Of a stretch of 64,000 nt of DNA, positions 21,741 through 31,825 are shown piece after piece (position 1 is the first letter of the stretch; every line of letters starts with the position of its first letter). The position numbers and the translations under genes are program-made. This DNA comes from Acetobacter sp. CAG:977 (GTDB lineage Bacteria; Pseudomonadota; Alphaproteobacteria; CAAGCB01; CAG-977): NCBI GenBank assembly GCA_000434295.1, contig HF994935.1, forward strand, positions 638,235 through 702,234, given 5' to 3'. The notes beneath the pieces were generated by a model. It saw only the letters and a program-made list of their open reading frames with translations, did no database searches and had not been told where the DNA came from.

Positions 21741-22864
21741 TTCGTGCCTCGTTGCAATTTTAAACAGGCATTAACAAAAACCTGTTTTTGATCCAAGTAT
21801 ATGTCCGAAAAATCGGAACGGATTTCATCAATGATATCCATCAGTTTTAAAACGGGAATTAAGCTTGTGATTTTTTTTGTTATTTGTTCTTCGTCGCCGA
21901 CGAAATGATATGTTTGTCCCGATGCCGCTTGAATTGCCGCTTTTGTCAGGCGGATGAGCATCAGCTCTTGAACGGTTTTTAGTTTTTCTTTGTCTTTCAA
22001 TACCTTATCTGAAAAATCGTACAAAGAAGGTATGGAAAAATCAGGAAAAGCGGAAAACAAGGACAGCCAACTTTCAAACAAGTCGTTTCCTCCGTTTGCC
22101 GCAAGCTCCAAAGCTTTTCCGGGGCTCCCGTCCGCCAAAACCGTCAAAGAACGAGCATCTTCGTCCGACAAATCGGGATAAGCCTGCCTTAAGATTTTTT
22201 CAACGGTTTCATCATCGACGGATTTTAAATTCAGCCGACGGCACCGAGACCTGATCGTCGCCAACAATCTTCCGGGATTATGAGAAATCAAAAGCATCAA
22301 TGTTTTTTCAGGCGGCTCTTCCAACGATTTCAAAAGCGCATTCGCCGCTTCGACATTCATGTCATCGGCGGAATCAATAATCATCACCCTCCAACCGCCG
22401 TTCGCCGAAGTGCGCCGCAAAAAATCTTCCGCTTCACGAATATCGGAAACCCTTATTTCATCAAAGCGCTTTCGATTTTTTTCCGTTTCTTCGTCCAATG
22501 CTTTTCCGGCATTTAAAACGGCTTGGCGACTTTTTAACTCTTCTTCTTTTAAAGAGCGTTCGACAACCTTTAAATCGGGATGAGATTTTTGAGCAACGGC
22601 ATTAAAAACCGAAGTCCCCTCCCCCACGGATAAAGTATCCGCAGAAGGCAAATCAGAAAACAGTCCCTGCCCTTCATTATTTCCGTTATTCAAAATAAAC
22701 CGAGCCAATCGATAAGCCAATGTTGCCTTTCCGATTCCCTTAGGCCCGCAAATCAGCCACGATCCCGCCAGCGTCCCTTTATTCCATAAATCCAAAAGCC
22801 CTTGTTCAGCATGCTGATGTCCGAACAAAACGTTTTGTTCTTCCGGATTTCGGATTTCGGGCAT
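21737..22864 (-). CDS. holB: DNA polymerase III subunit delta'
   Basis: AAA+ clamp-loader N-terminus (LICGPKGIGKATLAYRLARFIL), conserved tmk-holB-tatD neighbourhood. Confidence 0.8.
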   Translation of the reverse strand: MPEIRNPEEQNVLFGHQHAEQGLLDLWNKGTLAGSWLICGPKGIGKATLAYRLARFILNNGNNEGQGLFSDLPSADTLSVGEGTSVFNAVAQKSHPDLKVVERSLKEEELKSRQAVLNAGKALDEETEKNRKRFDEIRVSDIREAEDFLRRTSANGGWRVMIIDSADDMNVEAANALLKSLEEPPEKTLMLLISHNPGRLLATIRSRCRRLNLKSVDDETVEKILRQAYPDLSDEDARSLTVLADGSPGKALELAANGGNDLFESWLSLFSAFPDFSIPSLYDFSDKVLKDKEKLKTVQELMLIRLTKAAIQAASGQTYHFVGDEEQITKKITSLIPVLKLMDIIDEIRSDFSDIYLDQKQVFVNACLKLQRGTK

Positions 22865-22867
22865 GGC

Positions 22868-23509
22868 TTATACTCTGCTTAACAAACGTTCATTCACGAC
22901 ATCCGTGATTTGAGCGCGAATATCGTCAACAGACTGATCGGCATTAATCACAACGCAACGTTTGGGGTCTTTTTCGGCGATCTTTAAAAAAGCGTCCCGC
23001 AAAGACTTATGAAAATCCATCCCCATCCGTTCGTATCTGTTTGAATTTGCGTCTCTGGACAAAGAACGCTCCAAACCTTTTTCAACCGGTAAATCCATGA
23101 TAATCGTTAAATCAGGCTTAAACGCCCCGACAACGATTTCATACAAACGTTCAATGTCTTCGGGAGACGGTGCCCCTTTATATCCGTACCCCTGATAAGC
23201 CATCGTTGAATCGGCAAACCGGTCGGAAATAACCGTTTTTCCTTCATTAAGAGCAGGCCATATCTTTTTTGCCAAATGGTCGCGTCTGGCCGCATACATC
23301 AAAAGCATTTCCGTAACGGCGTCCCAACGGGCGACTTCGCCTTTCACAACCAGATTTCTGATTTCTTCGGCGCCTTCGGATCCTCCGGGTTCCCGTGTCA
23401 AAACGCACGACAGCCCTTTGCTTTCCAGATATTCGGAAAGAAGGCGGGCTTGAGTGGATTTTCCTGTTCCCTCCCCGCCTTCAAAGGTAATGAAAAAGCC
23501 CTTTTTCAC
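22868..23509 (-). CDS. tmk: thymidylate kinase
   Basis: ITFEGGEGTGKSTQ P-loop, DRF motif. Confidence 0.9.
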   Translation of the reverse strand: MKKGFFITFEGGEGTGKSTQARLLSEYLESKGLSCVLTREPGGSEGAEEIRNLVVKGEVARWDAVTEMLLMYAARRDHLAKKIWPALNEGKTVISDRFADSTMAYQGYGYKGAPSPEDIERLYEIVVGAFKPDLTIIMDLPVEKGLERSLSRDANSNRYERMGMDFHKSLRDAFLKIAEKDPKRCVVINADQSVDDIRAQITDVVNERLLSRV

Positions 23510-23519
23510 GATTTATTCC

Positions 23520-24668
23520 TTAATTTATCTGCTTGAACAACAGATATTTGACGGTTTCTTTCATACGTCCGAAATATCCCAATTTTTTGATGTCTGCCGC
23601 TGCGATCAAATCAACGGTTACATCATCGCGTTCAGGAGCGGATATGGTGATTGAGCCGACTTTTTGACCTTTGGCAACGGGAGCTTTTAGCGGAGCATCA
23701 TATTTTACAAAAGCCGTAACTTTATTTTGCTCTCCTCTGGGCAAGGTCAAAACGACTTTTTCGGCGGGCACGGCTTCAACGGATTTTTGTTCGCCCAACC
23801 AAACAGGCACATCAACGACTTTTACGCCGTCTTTTAAGACGGTATAGTTATCAAATTCTCTAAAGCCCCAATAAATCAGCTTTTCGGCTTCTTCGCCGCG
23901 CTCTTTCATTGTTTTCAGCCCGTTGATAACCAGTATCAAACGCCGCCCGTCCTTCTTGGCGGAAGCCGTCAGACCGTAACCTGAAACGGACGTATGACCG
24001 GTTTTAATGCCGTCAGCCAGTCTGGGCATCTGGAACAGCAAAGGATTCCTGTTTTCCTGACGTATTTTGTTATAAGTAAACTCTTTTTCCGAATAAATGC
24101 CGTAATATTCGGGAAAATCCTGAATTAAACGGCGAGCCAGAATGACCAAATCATTCGGAGACATTTTATGTTTCGGATGCGGCCATCCCGTCGAATTTAC
24201 CAAATGCGTCTGTTTTAAGCCCATTTCTTTGGCTTTTTTATTGGCAATTTCAGCGAATTCTTTTTCCGAACCGGCGATATTTTCAGCCGCGACGATACAA
24301 GCGTCATTGCCCGACTGAACGATAATGCCTCTGAGCAAATCCTTTAATTTAACTTTGTCTCCGACGCGCAGGAACATTGTCGAGCTGCCCGTTTTGGCAC
24401 CGCCTTTTTTCCATGCGTTTTCGCTGACCGTAAAGACGTCATCGATCTCCAAACTGCCGTTTTTCAGTTTTTCAAAGATAATGTAAGCCGTCATCAGCTT
24501 GCTCATGGAAGCCGGAGCCATCGGTTTATCGGCATTTTTTTCGAACAGAACGGTTCCTGTTTCAAAATCTGCCAAGACGGCTTGTTTTGCCTTGGTATCA
24601 ATGGCAAAAGCCGAAGCATGGAAAGCCAAAACGAACGCGGCCGAAGCCAAAAGCGTTTTAGAGAACAT
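23520..24668 (-). CDS. D-alanyl-D-alanine carboxypeptidase (PBP5/6-like, S11)
   Basis: signal peptide; SxxK active site (ASMSKLMT), SGN and KTG motifs (KTGHTSVSGYGL). Confidence 0.85.
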   Translation of the reverse strand: MFSKTLLASAAFVLAFHASAFAIDTKAKQAVLADFETGTVLFEKNADKPMAPASMSKLMTAYIIFEKLKNGSLEIDDVFTVSENAWKKGGAKTGSSTMFLRVGDKVKLKDLLRGIIVQSGNDACIVAAENIAGSEKEFAEIANKKAKEMGLKQTHLVNSTGWPHPKHKMSPNDLVILARRLIQDFPEYYGIYSEKEFTYNKIRQENRNPLLFQMPRLADGIKTGHTSVSGYGLTASAKKDGRRLILVINGLKTMKERGEEAEKLIYWGFREFDNYTVLKDGVKVVDVPVWLGEQKSVEAVPAEKVVLTLPRGEQNKVTAFVKYDAPLKAPVAKGQKVGSITISAPERDDVTVDLIAAADIKKLGYFGRMKETVKYLLFKQIN

Positions 24669-24685
24669 TTTACCCCTCAGATTTA

Positions 24686-25855
24686 TCAGAATTCGTTATC
24701 CAAGCGCCGCCCGGCTGACGGAGCGACATTTTTTTCTTCAACCAGACGAGCGCCGGAAATTCCGGATTTTGTAACTCTGTCTATGGTTTCCAAAGCTTTT
24801 TTCGCACTGGCGGGACCGATCCGTACGCGATAAAGCGTCTTGCCGTTCACCGTAACCGGCGATGTGACGACCGAACCGAACGAAGCAACTCTGTCGCGCA
24901 TTTTTGCGGCATTTTCAGTACTGCCGAACGCGCCGACCTGGACATAATATCCCGGAGCCGTTTGTGTCGTAACATTCAAAGATTTCGGAGAAGCCTCAGG
25001 CTTTCGCGCTGTTTTCTTTTCTTTTTTGGGTGCCGGAGCCGGTTTCGGTTTGACTTCGGGTACGACAGGCGGCTGATACGTTTTTTCCGCCTGAGCCTTA
25101 GGCAAATCTTCATCCCAATCGTTATATTTCTGTGTCGTTTCCTGAGGAGCGCTCCCCGTAATCAACGGCGCATCCATGGCGGGTCTCGGATTTGCCAGAC
25201 GCGGGCGGTCGGGAGAAAAGCCCAAATCTTTCGGCGGAGCAACCGTTTGTGCCGCCGGTTCTTCAGCCGCAGCCCTTTCGGACGGAGCCGTTGCCGACTT
25301 AATGCCTGCCGCTGCGACGCCCGATTTTTCCAACGCCAGAATTTCATCGCGCAAAGCCTTGCTTTCTTCGGGCAAAATTTCGACCTGAACCTGCGTCGTT
25401 CCGTTATCTTTAAATCCCAACAACTGAGCCGCGCGCATAGAAACGTCAATAATTCTGTTGTTTACAAACGGACCGCGATCATTAACGCGCAACACCAAAG
25501 AGCGTCCGTTTTGCAAGTTCGTCACGCGAACAATGCTGGGCAACGGCAAAGTCCTGTGAGCCGCCGTTAATCCGTGCATATCGTACAATTCGCCGTTTGC
25601 CGTAATGCCGTTATGGAAATCCGCGCCGTACCATGAAGCAACGCCGATTTCTTTATAAGCGTAATCTTCCTTCGGATAATACCAAACGCCGGAAACCTGA
25701 TAGGGATTTCCTATTTTATAATAGCCGTCGGATTCGCCTGACGTTTGAACGGACAAATCCGTCGGAGCCGACGAAAACACCTGAGTGCTGTCCGAACACG
25801 CCCCCAAAGACGTAACGGCTGCAGAAATCATAAGCGTTTTAAAAAACAAATTCAT
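24686..25855 (-). CDS. rlpA: septal ring lytic transglycosylase RlpA (DPBB + Pro-rich linker + SPOR domain)
   Basis: lipoprotein signal LGAC; RlpA-like double-psi beta-barrel (ASWYG...HRTLPLPSIVRVTNL.NGRS), C-terminal SPOR (YYVQVGAFGSTENAAKM). Confidence 0.8.
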   Translation of the reverse strand: MNLFFKTLMISAAVTSLGACSDSTQVFSSAPTDLSVQTSGESDGYYKIGNPYQVSGVWYYPKEDYAYKEIGVASWYGADFHNGITANGELYDMHGLTAAHRTLPLPSIVRVTNLQNGRSLVLRVNDRGPFVNNRIIDVSMRAAQLLGFKDNGTTQVQVEILPEESKALRDEILALEKSGVAAAGIKSATAPSERAAAEEPAAQTVAPPKDLGFSPDRPRLANPRPAMDAPLITGSAPQETTQKYNDWDEDLPKAQAEKTYQPPVVPEVKPKPAPAPKKEKKTARKPEASPKSLNVTTQTAPGYYVQVGAFGSTENAAKMRDRVASFGSVVTSPVTVNGKTLYRVRIGPASAKKALETIDRVTKSGISGARLVEEKNVAPSAGRRLDNEF

Positions 25856-25926
25856 GACGTTTCATTCCGATATTTCGAGTTACAACAAACATAACGGGAT
25901 TGCCTTTTCAAATCAAGGCAGATTAC

Positions 25927-27666
25927 TTATGTTTTTTTCTCCTTATCCGCAGAGTTTTTCGTCTCAACCCCTTTTGCATTTTTCTTTACAGCGGCTCCGG
26001 GAACGGATGTCGACGGCTTTTGTTGATTTTTCACTTTACTTTCAACAGGTTTCACCGTCTTTTTCTCCTTTTGAAGCTTTAACGCTTTTTGACGTTCTTC
26101 GCGTTTACGTTCTTCTTCGCGGCGGCGACGTTCCATAGCTTTTTTACGAGCAAGCTCTCTTTTCTTTTTCATTTCTTCGCGCAATCTCAGCTCTTCGCGG
26201 CGGCGAAATTCTTTGACCAACGGATCGATTTCTCCGTTTTCCATGTTGCGCAGATGTTGGACTTTCATTTTTTCCAACAGTCTTCTGTCCGTTTTTTCGG
26301 AACGGATCCCGTAGACTTTTTTAAACAAGTCTATTCCCTGTTGCGTCGTCTTGCCCAACTTTCCGTCAATGGGACCTTTGTAATATTGCCCCTTGGACAA
26401 GATTTTTTGCAAATCGACAATCTCGTCAAACGTCAGCTCGCTTTGTTCGACTTCTCCGTTAATTACCAAACGCATAAATTCCAGCAAAGACGCATTTGCG
26501 TATCCGTCTTCGGGCAGATCGTACATTTTTTGAAAGCGGCGAACGGCTTCGCGACTGCGACGTCCCAGAACGCCGTCGATTTCCCCGTTATAAAGCTTTA
26601 ATTCCGCCAAAATCTTTTGAACTTCCATAGAATTTTCCATCGTGAACGGCGCCGTTTTTTCACGATATTTTTTCACAAAAGCGGACTTTCCCTGAATCCT
26701 GTCTGCCAAATGACCGACAGACACTGCGTAAAGCACGGATTTATTCCACTTCATAATGACGCGAAAGTTTGAATAAACCAAAAAAGCAGGCCCCTGTATG
26801 CCGGCAGGCAAAAACAATTCGGCAGGCGTCGTTTCGGGTTCTTCGATTTCTCCGGCAAAGCGGACGCCTTCTTTTTTCCATTCGGCGATTGTTTTTTTGC
26901 GTTCAATCAGCGTCCAATCAAATTTTTTGGGTAAAAAGACTTCCCTGCCCCACGGAAGCTTCGGATTCCAACCTTCCGAAGACAAATAATTTGCCGCCGA
27001 CGCCAAAGCATCCGGCAAACTGTTCCACAAATCTATATAGCCGTCGTTGTCATAATCGACACCGTATTCCAAATAGGTGGACGGCATAAACTGAAAATTC
27101 CCCATGGCTCCCGCCCAAGATCCCTTCATTTTTTCCGGAGGGATGCCTTTTTGTATCAGGCGGATTGCTTTCATCAGTTCGGTTCTGAAAAAATCGGGAC
27201 GACGCGTATCGTACGCCAACGTCGCCAAAGCATTGATAATGAAAAACCGCCCGAACGAATTTCCGAAATTTGTTTCCATTCCCCAAAAGGCCGCCAAATA
27301 CGGTGCGGGAACACCGTATTTTTTTGAAATTTCATCAAAGATTTTTTTATGTGTTTTCAGCAACCGCTGAGCTTTTTTAATTCTCAGCGAATTGATGGCG
27401 TTATCGATATAAGATTGAAAATCCTGACGAAATTCGGGCTGTTTACGGTCAAAAGAAATAACGGCGGGAACAAGTTTTACATCGAAAAAAGCGCTGTCAA
27501 GAATTTGAGCGGAAACACCGTTTTCAACGGCTTCACGTCTGAACTCTTCATACCATTCGTCGAAAGACAGACCTGCCCCTCCCGCGGCACAAGCGGAAAA
27601 CGGCATTAAAAAGGCACATCCGAACAAACATTTTTTTATTAAAGAGTTCATAAAAGACAACTTCAC
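25927..27666 (-). CDS. lytic murein transglycosylase (MltB family) with two peptidoglycan-binding domains and charged low-complexity C-terminal tail
   Basis: lipoprotein-like signal; MltB signature AAFWGMETNFG; two PG_binding_1-like repeats (GVLGRRSREAVRRFQ, GKLGKTTQQGIDLFKK); R/E/K-rich tail. Confidence 0.75.
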   Translation of the reverse strand: MKLSFMNSLIKKCLFGCAFLMPFSACAAGGAGLSFDEWYEEFRREAVENGVSAQILDSAFFDVKLVPAVISFDRKQPEFRQDFQSYIDNAINSLRIKKAQRLLKTHKKIFDEISKKYGVPAPYLAAFWGMETNFGNSFGRFFIINALATLAYDTRRPDFFRTELMKAIRLIQKGIPPEKMKGSWAGAMGNFQFMPSTYLEYGVDYDNDGYIDLWNSLPDALASAANYLSSEGWNPKLPWGREVFLPKKFDWTLIERKKTIAEWKKEGVRFAGEIEEPETTPAELFLPAGIQGPAFLVYSNFRVIMKWNKSVLYAVSVGHLADRIQGKSAFVKKYREKTAPFTMENSMEVQKILAELKLYNGEIDGVLGRRSREAVRRFQKMYDLPEDGYANASLLEFMRLVINGEVEQSELTFDEIVDLQKILSKGQYYKGPIDGKLGKTTQQGIDLFKKVYGIRSEKTDRRLLEKMKVQHLRNMENGEIDPLVKEFRRREELRLREEMKKKRELARKKAMERRRREEERKREERQKALKLQKEKKTVKPVESKVKNQQKPSTSVPGAAVKKNAKGVETKNSADKEKKT

Positions 27667-27763
27667 CCCTTTTTATTCAGAGTATGAAAAAGGCGTTATT
27701 TTTTCGTTAATCTTCATAAAAAAGGCGGCTTTTAAAAGCCGCCTTGTATTTTGCAAATCGGGT

Positions 27764-28405
27764 TTATTTACCCGTCAGCTCACGTAATTTTCTGTATAAA
27801 ACCAATGCCTTGCAATAACTTTCAATGCTCAGCAGGGGAAAACGGGCTTCTCCCATGTCGGTCAAAGCGGCAAAGCGCCCCGCCGTTTCGCCGCGCGGCG
27901 GTTGAAGGAAAAAGCCTTGAACCGACGTCAACGGATAAACGGTACAAGAATATTGTTCCGACACTTTTGAAAAGCATAACAGGCTTTTCGTCGTCAAAGC
28001 CAGAGCCGCCGTATCAGACGAAGCTCCCGACAGAATTTTATAAATCATCTGATCGCCTACGCACATATCCATCAGCATCGCTTCAACCAGAGGAGGCATT
28101 TGTTCGATCATTTTTCCGGACATCTTATGAAACAGCTCTTTCATCTGTTCCAAGGATATTTCTTCACGAGGTTGCGCAAAGTCCTCTGTTTTTCCGACGC
28201 TCAACTCGTTGGCTTTGTCTTTTGCTTCGCTGACCTTCTGTTTGGCTTTTTCCGCCAAATCCTTCATATCGATATTTTTGGCTTTTTCAGCAATTCCTCC
28301 TAAAAATCCGGACAGCTTTTTGCTGACTTCCTGTGCCTTTGCCGCCACTTCATCAGTTTGGTTTTCCGCGGCGTTTTCTTTTGCTTCATCACTCATTTGA
28401 CCCAT
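27764..28405 (-). CDS. hypothetical protein, N-terminal K/E/A-rich amphipathic helical region (phasin/apolipoprotein-like)
   Basis: ORF only; ATG at 28405 or 28396; no recognised catalytic motif. Confidence 0.4.
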   Translation of the reverse strand: MGQMSDEAKENAAENQTDEVAAKAQEVSKKLSGFLGGIAEKAKNIDMKDLAEKAKQKVSEAKDKANELSVGKTEDFAQPREEISLEQMKELFHKMSGKMIEQMPPLVEAMLMDMCVGDQMIYKILSGASSDTAALALTTKSLLCFSKVSEQYSCTVYPLTSVQGFFLQPPRGETAGRFAALTDMGEARFPLLSIESYCKALVLYRKLRELTGK

Positions 28406-28604
28406 CCTTTTGCAACAAACGAAAGATGTGTTATTATGCACTGCTTTTTATTATTCCTCTAGAAAAAATTAACGTCTCCTTAACTTTGTTGAAAGTCTTG
28501 ATTTAAAAACAACGTTTAAGTCTTTTTATAAAAAAGATATTATATTTTTTTATCATCTGCTCTTGCTTTTTGAAAAAAAATCTAACAAAATGACCGTGAA
28601 TTTC

Positions 28605-28694
28605 GGATGGGTGGCAGAGCGGTTGAATGCATCGGTCTTGAAAACCGACGACTCTTTACGGAGTCCGTGAGTTCGAATCTCACCCCATCCGCCA
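28605..28694 (+). tRNA. tRNA-Ser (anticodon TGA)
   Basis: 7-bp acceptor stem ggatggg/cccatcc, anticodon stem tcggt/accga with loop cTTGAaa, long variable arm, T-arm gtgag-ttcgaat-ctcac, encoded CCA; 90 nt. Confidence 0.9.
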
Positions 28695-28738
28695 AAACGG
28701 CTCCCATATAACGGGGGCTTTTTTTATCGGCGGGAAAA

Positions 28739-29218
28739 ATGCATAAAACAAACGCTTTGCGAATGCTGGATCAGGCAAAAATATCTTATCGGGTCATTGA
28801 ATACCAAATCAACGACGAAAAAATTGATGCCGTGTCCGTCGCCGCAAAAATCGGGCGTTCTCCCGATACGGTTTTTAAAACGTTGGTAACCGTTTCTCCT
28901 GCCCGCGAACACTTCGTTTTCGTTATCCCTGGCGCCAAAGAACTGGATTTGAAAGCCGCCGCCGTCGCCGCAGGTCAAAAAAGGATCGAAATGTTGCCTT
29001 TAAAAGAATTGTTCCCGCTGACCGGCTATATTCACGGAGGTTGCTCGCCCGTCGGAATGAAAAAGCCGTTTCCGACTTTCATTGACGAAAGTGCCCTTAC
29101 CCTTGATTCTTTTTGCGTCAGCGGCGGAAAAATCGGCATCAATATTGAGCTGGCGCCAAAAGTTTTGGCAAACTTTATCAATGCTTCTTTTGCACCGCTG
29201 ACCAGAAACAATCAGTAA
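28739..29218 (+). CDS. ybaK: Cys-tRNA(Pro)/Cys-tRNA(Cys) deacylase YbaK
   Basis: 159 aa YbaK/ProX editing-domain fold. Confidence 0.75.
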   Translation: MHKTNALRMLDQAKISYRVIEYQINDEKIDAVSVAAKIGRSPDTVFKTLVTVSPAREHFVFVIPGAKELDLKAAAVAAGQKRIEMLPLKELFPLTGYIHGGCSPVGMKKPFPTFIDESALTLDSFCVSGGKIGINIELAPKVLANFINASFAPLTRNNQ

Positions 29219-31746
29219 GGATAAAAGCGAAACATCTCGGAAACCGCTATTCCCGCCGTCGTCGGATGTATAACGGACGGCAACAGCATCCCTTGCGGAG
29301 CCGCCGGTCCGAAAATAATATTCGTCGGCAACGTGTATAATCCGGTATCTTTCAGAAAATCTTTCAGATACGGCGTGTTATACGGCGCCGTCATAATAAC
29401 CAGCTTGCCTTGCCGTATTGCAACAGTCCCGCCGAAATATAACATCGCAAGCCTGTTATAATGACAGGCAAGACAGGCATCTTCGGAAACGTTGACATAA
29501 ACGGCTTTACCTTCCTGAACGAATTTATGCAGGTCTTTTTCGTTAAACGGGTATGCGGCAAAACCCGAAAAATTTAAGGAATTCGGTAAAAACGGCACGA
29601 AAAGAATCATCAAAACGAGAAAAACGGCGAAAAGCTTTTTCTTCGTTGCCTGAGTTTTGCTGACATTTTTTAAAATGAAGTACGATGTGAGCGCGAAAAC
29701 AAAAACACCCAAAAAGATCCAACGTCCGCTTTCCGAACCGATAATCAGCCATAGCAAAAAAGCGTGCAAATAAGCTTGGAAAAACAAAGCGAATTTTAAA
29801 AAGCGGATTTTCTTTACGGGCAATTCCGCCGCAGGTTTGTAATAAATCAACGCCGCGGCAAACGGAAAAACAATGCCGAACAAGAAACAAATTCCGTACT
29901 CGACGGGAAACGGCTTGAGCAAAGCATACAAATCAAAGTACGTTGACAGCATCGGGGAAAACAACATCATCATTCCGACAATCAACGCCAACGACATACC
30001 CGCCTTTTGCCGACAGGACACCATCCCTGCCGCTTTGAACAGAGGATTGATTTTTCCCGTATATTTTTCGACGCACTTATCATCAAACAGCTTCATCATC
30101 CACACGGGCGCAGTCAGGAATAAAGCGCAAAGCAAAACGTTGAAAAACGGCGAATTCAGCTGTTGTCCCCAAACGAACGGCACGTTCGGGAAAAAGAAAT
30201 AAATGACAAACGCGGCTGAACAAACGACGCTTAGGAACAAAGCCAGCCCGTACCAAGCCCCTTGAGCAAAATCCAAAGTCGCTTGAGGATTTTTTCCGCG
30301 AACAAAAAGCATTTGATACAAAAACAGGCTCATCAGCAAATAAAGCGGCGTTAAGACAATAAACTTTATCCCTGACAAAAAAGACAGGAACATTTTAAAA
30401 ACGGACACGCTCCGTTCGGACAGGAAAACGTCTTTTAACGAAAGACTGACGGAAAATTCCGAAGCGCGGTTTAAATTGAAAACCGTCAAAACCAAATTTG
30501 CTTTTCCGATCTTCTTTAAATGTTGTGGATTAAGGACTTTTGAACGGAAAACGGCATCCCCGTCCACACCGACAAAGAACGGCGTTTCAAAGCGAAGACC
30601 GTTCGTATTTGCGACGTGCAAAACGGGCGTATCCATATTAACGGCAGGAATTTCAAATGATGCCAACAAATAGATATTTCCGTCTTTATCTTCTTTGAAA
30701 CCTGCTTTTTTAAAGTTCAGTCCGGACAATCCTCCGGCGGGAACCGTCATGGCGACTTCTCTCAAATCGGGGCAAACAGGCGTTTCCAAAAAGGGATCCG
30801 AAAAAAAAGAATACGTCAACGGTTCGGTCGTTTCATCTTTGCATTGTCCGTCCGCATCGCAAATTTTAAATGTCGCCGTCAGATCAAATTTTGCCGCACT
30901 GGCGGGAGTTTCAAATTCGACTTCAAACGGAAACAGAATTTTTCCGGAATAGCCGTAAGCTCTGTCGTTCCCGAGTTCGAAAACGGATGTCAACGGATAT
31001 TGCAGAGGCAATACGGATATTCCTTTTGATGTGGTAACCTGCGTTTTTACGGGAATAAAGGGCTCACCTTCCCGTTGGCGCAAAATTCTGTATCCCGGCG
31101 TCAACAAAGCGATTAAAGCCATGTGGACTTTTTTCTTGTTTTTTAAATTCGCGCAAGCCGCCAAACGAAATTGTCCGTACGGAGCCGTATAAATCTCAGA
31201 ATAGAAACGTTCGTCTTTGAATGACTGCAAAAAATCATCCAAAGATTTATCTCCGAAGGCAAAATAGCGAATATTTTTCCATGTGCTTTTATCTTCGGAA
31301 TTAATTAAATATTCTGTTTTCCCGGGGTATTTTTCCAATATGGCTTGGTTAATCTCATCAATGGTACGATGGTATCCCGCTTCCAAAGATTTAAGCTTTC
31401 CCTTTAAATCCGAAAAAACGGAAATCAATCCTCCTTCGTCGTCCAAACGCGTCATTTCCTGCAAAATTTGAGCATCCGTGACGTTTTTTTGTTTGTTTTT
31501 GACGTAATATTCGTACAAGAAGCTCAATTTATCCGAAAAATACATCGTTTTATATTTTTCGATTTCTTCTTGGGTCAGGGGAATGACCGGCACATAAGGC
31601 GTTATGGGCTCTACGGTCTCCGAGGAGAAATCATTTTCTTCAACATTTGCGGTTTCGGCGGCAACGGAAACGGAAAGCAAAGCCAAGCCTGAAAAAAACA
31701 AAAAAAATGCAACGTTTAAAAATTTTTTCCGTTTCATTTTTAACAT
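29212..31746 (-). CDS. dsbD: DsbD-like thiol:disulfide interchange protein with extended N-terminal periplasmic region
   Basis: 844 aa; signal peptide; N-terminal domain with C-x5-C (CDADGQC) like DsbD-alpha; ~8-10 TM central region; C-terminal thioredoxin-like region with CxxC (GKAVYVNVSEDACLACH). Confidence 0.5.
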   Translation of the reverse strand: MLKMKRKKFLNVAFFLFFSGLALLSVSVAAETANVEENDFSSETVEPITPYVPVIPLTQEEIEKYKTMYFSDKLSFLYEYYVKNKQKNVTDAQILQEMTRLDDEGGLISVFSDLKGKLKSLEAGYHRTIDEINQAILEKYPGKTEYLINSEDKSTWKNIRYFAFGDKSLDDFLQSFKDERFYSEIYTAPYGQFRLAACANLKNKKKVHMALIALLTPGYRILRQREGEPFIPVKTQVTTSKGISVLPLQYPLTSVFELGNDRAYGYSGKILFPFEVEFETPASAAKFDLTATFKICDADGQCKDETTEPLTYSFFSDPFLETPVCPDLREVAMTVPAGGLSGLNFKKAGFKEDKDGNIYLLASFEIPAVNMDTPVLHVANTNGLRFETPFFVGVDGDAVFRSKVLNPQHLKKIGKANLVLTVFNLNRASEFSVSLSLKDVFLSERSVSVFKMFLSFLSGIKFIVLTPLYLLMSLFLYQMLFVRGKNPQATLDFAQGAWYGLALFLSVVCSAAFVIYFFFPNVPFVWGQQLNSPFFNVLLCALFLTAPVWMMKLFDDKCVEKYTGKINPLFKAAGMVSCRQKAGMSLALIVGMMMLFSPMLSTYFDLYALLKPFPVEYGICFLFGIVFPFAAALIYYKPAAELPVKKIRFLKFALFFQAYLHAFLLWLIIGSESGRWIFLGVFVFALTSYFILKNVSKTQATKKKLFAVFLVLMILFVPFLPNSLNFSGFAAYPFNEKDLHKFVQEGKAVYVNVSEDACLACHYNRLAMLYFGGTVAIRQGKLVIMTAPYNTPYLKDFLKDTGLYTLPTNIIFGPAAPQGMLLPSVIHPTTAGIAVSEMFRFYPY

Positions 31747-31825
31747 CCTTTAATTTTTGTATTTTATTTTGTAAGAAAAGGATATCATAAAAAGAAGAGT
31801 TTTTTATTAAAAATAAAAGGAACGG

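Noticed and set aside
28442-28760. tRNA-Ser as possible genomic-island integration site
   Set aside because: No integrase, no direct repeat of the tRNA 3' end seen downstream, and flanking genes (ybaK, dsbD-like, yqgE) look like core genome.
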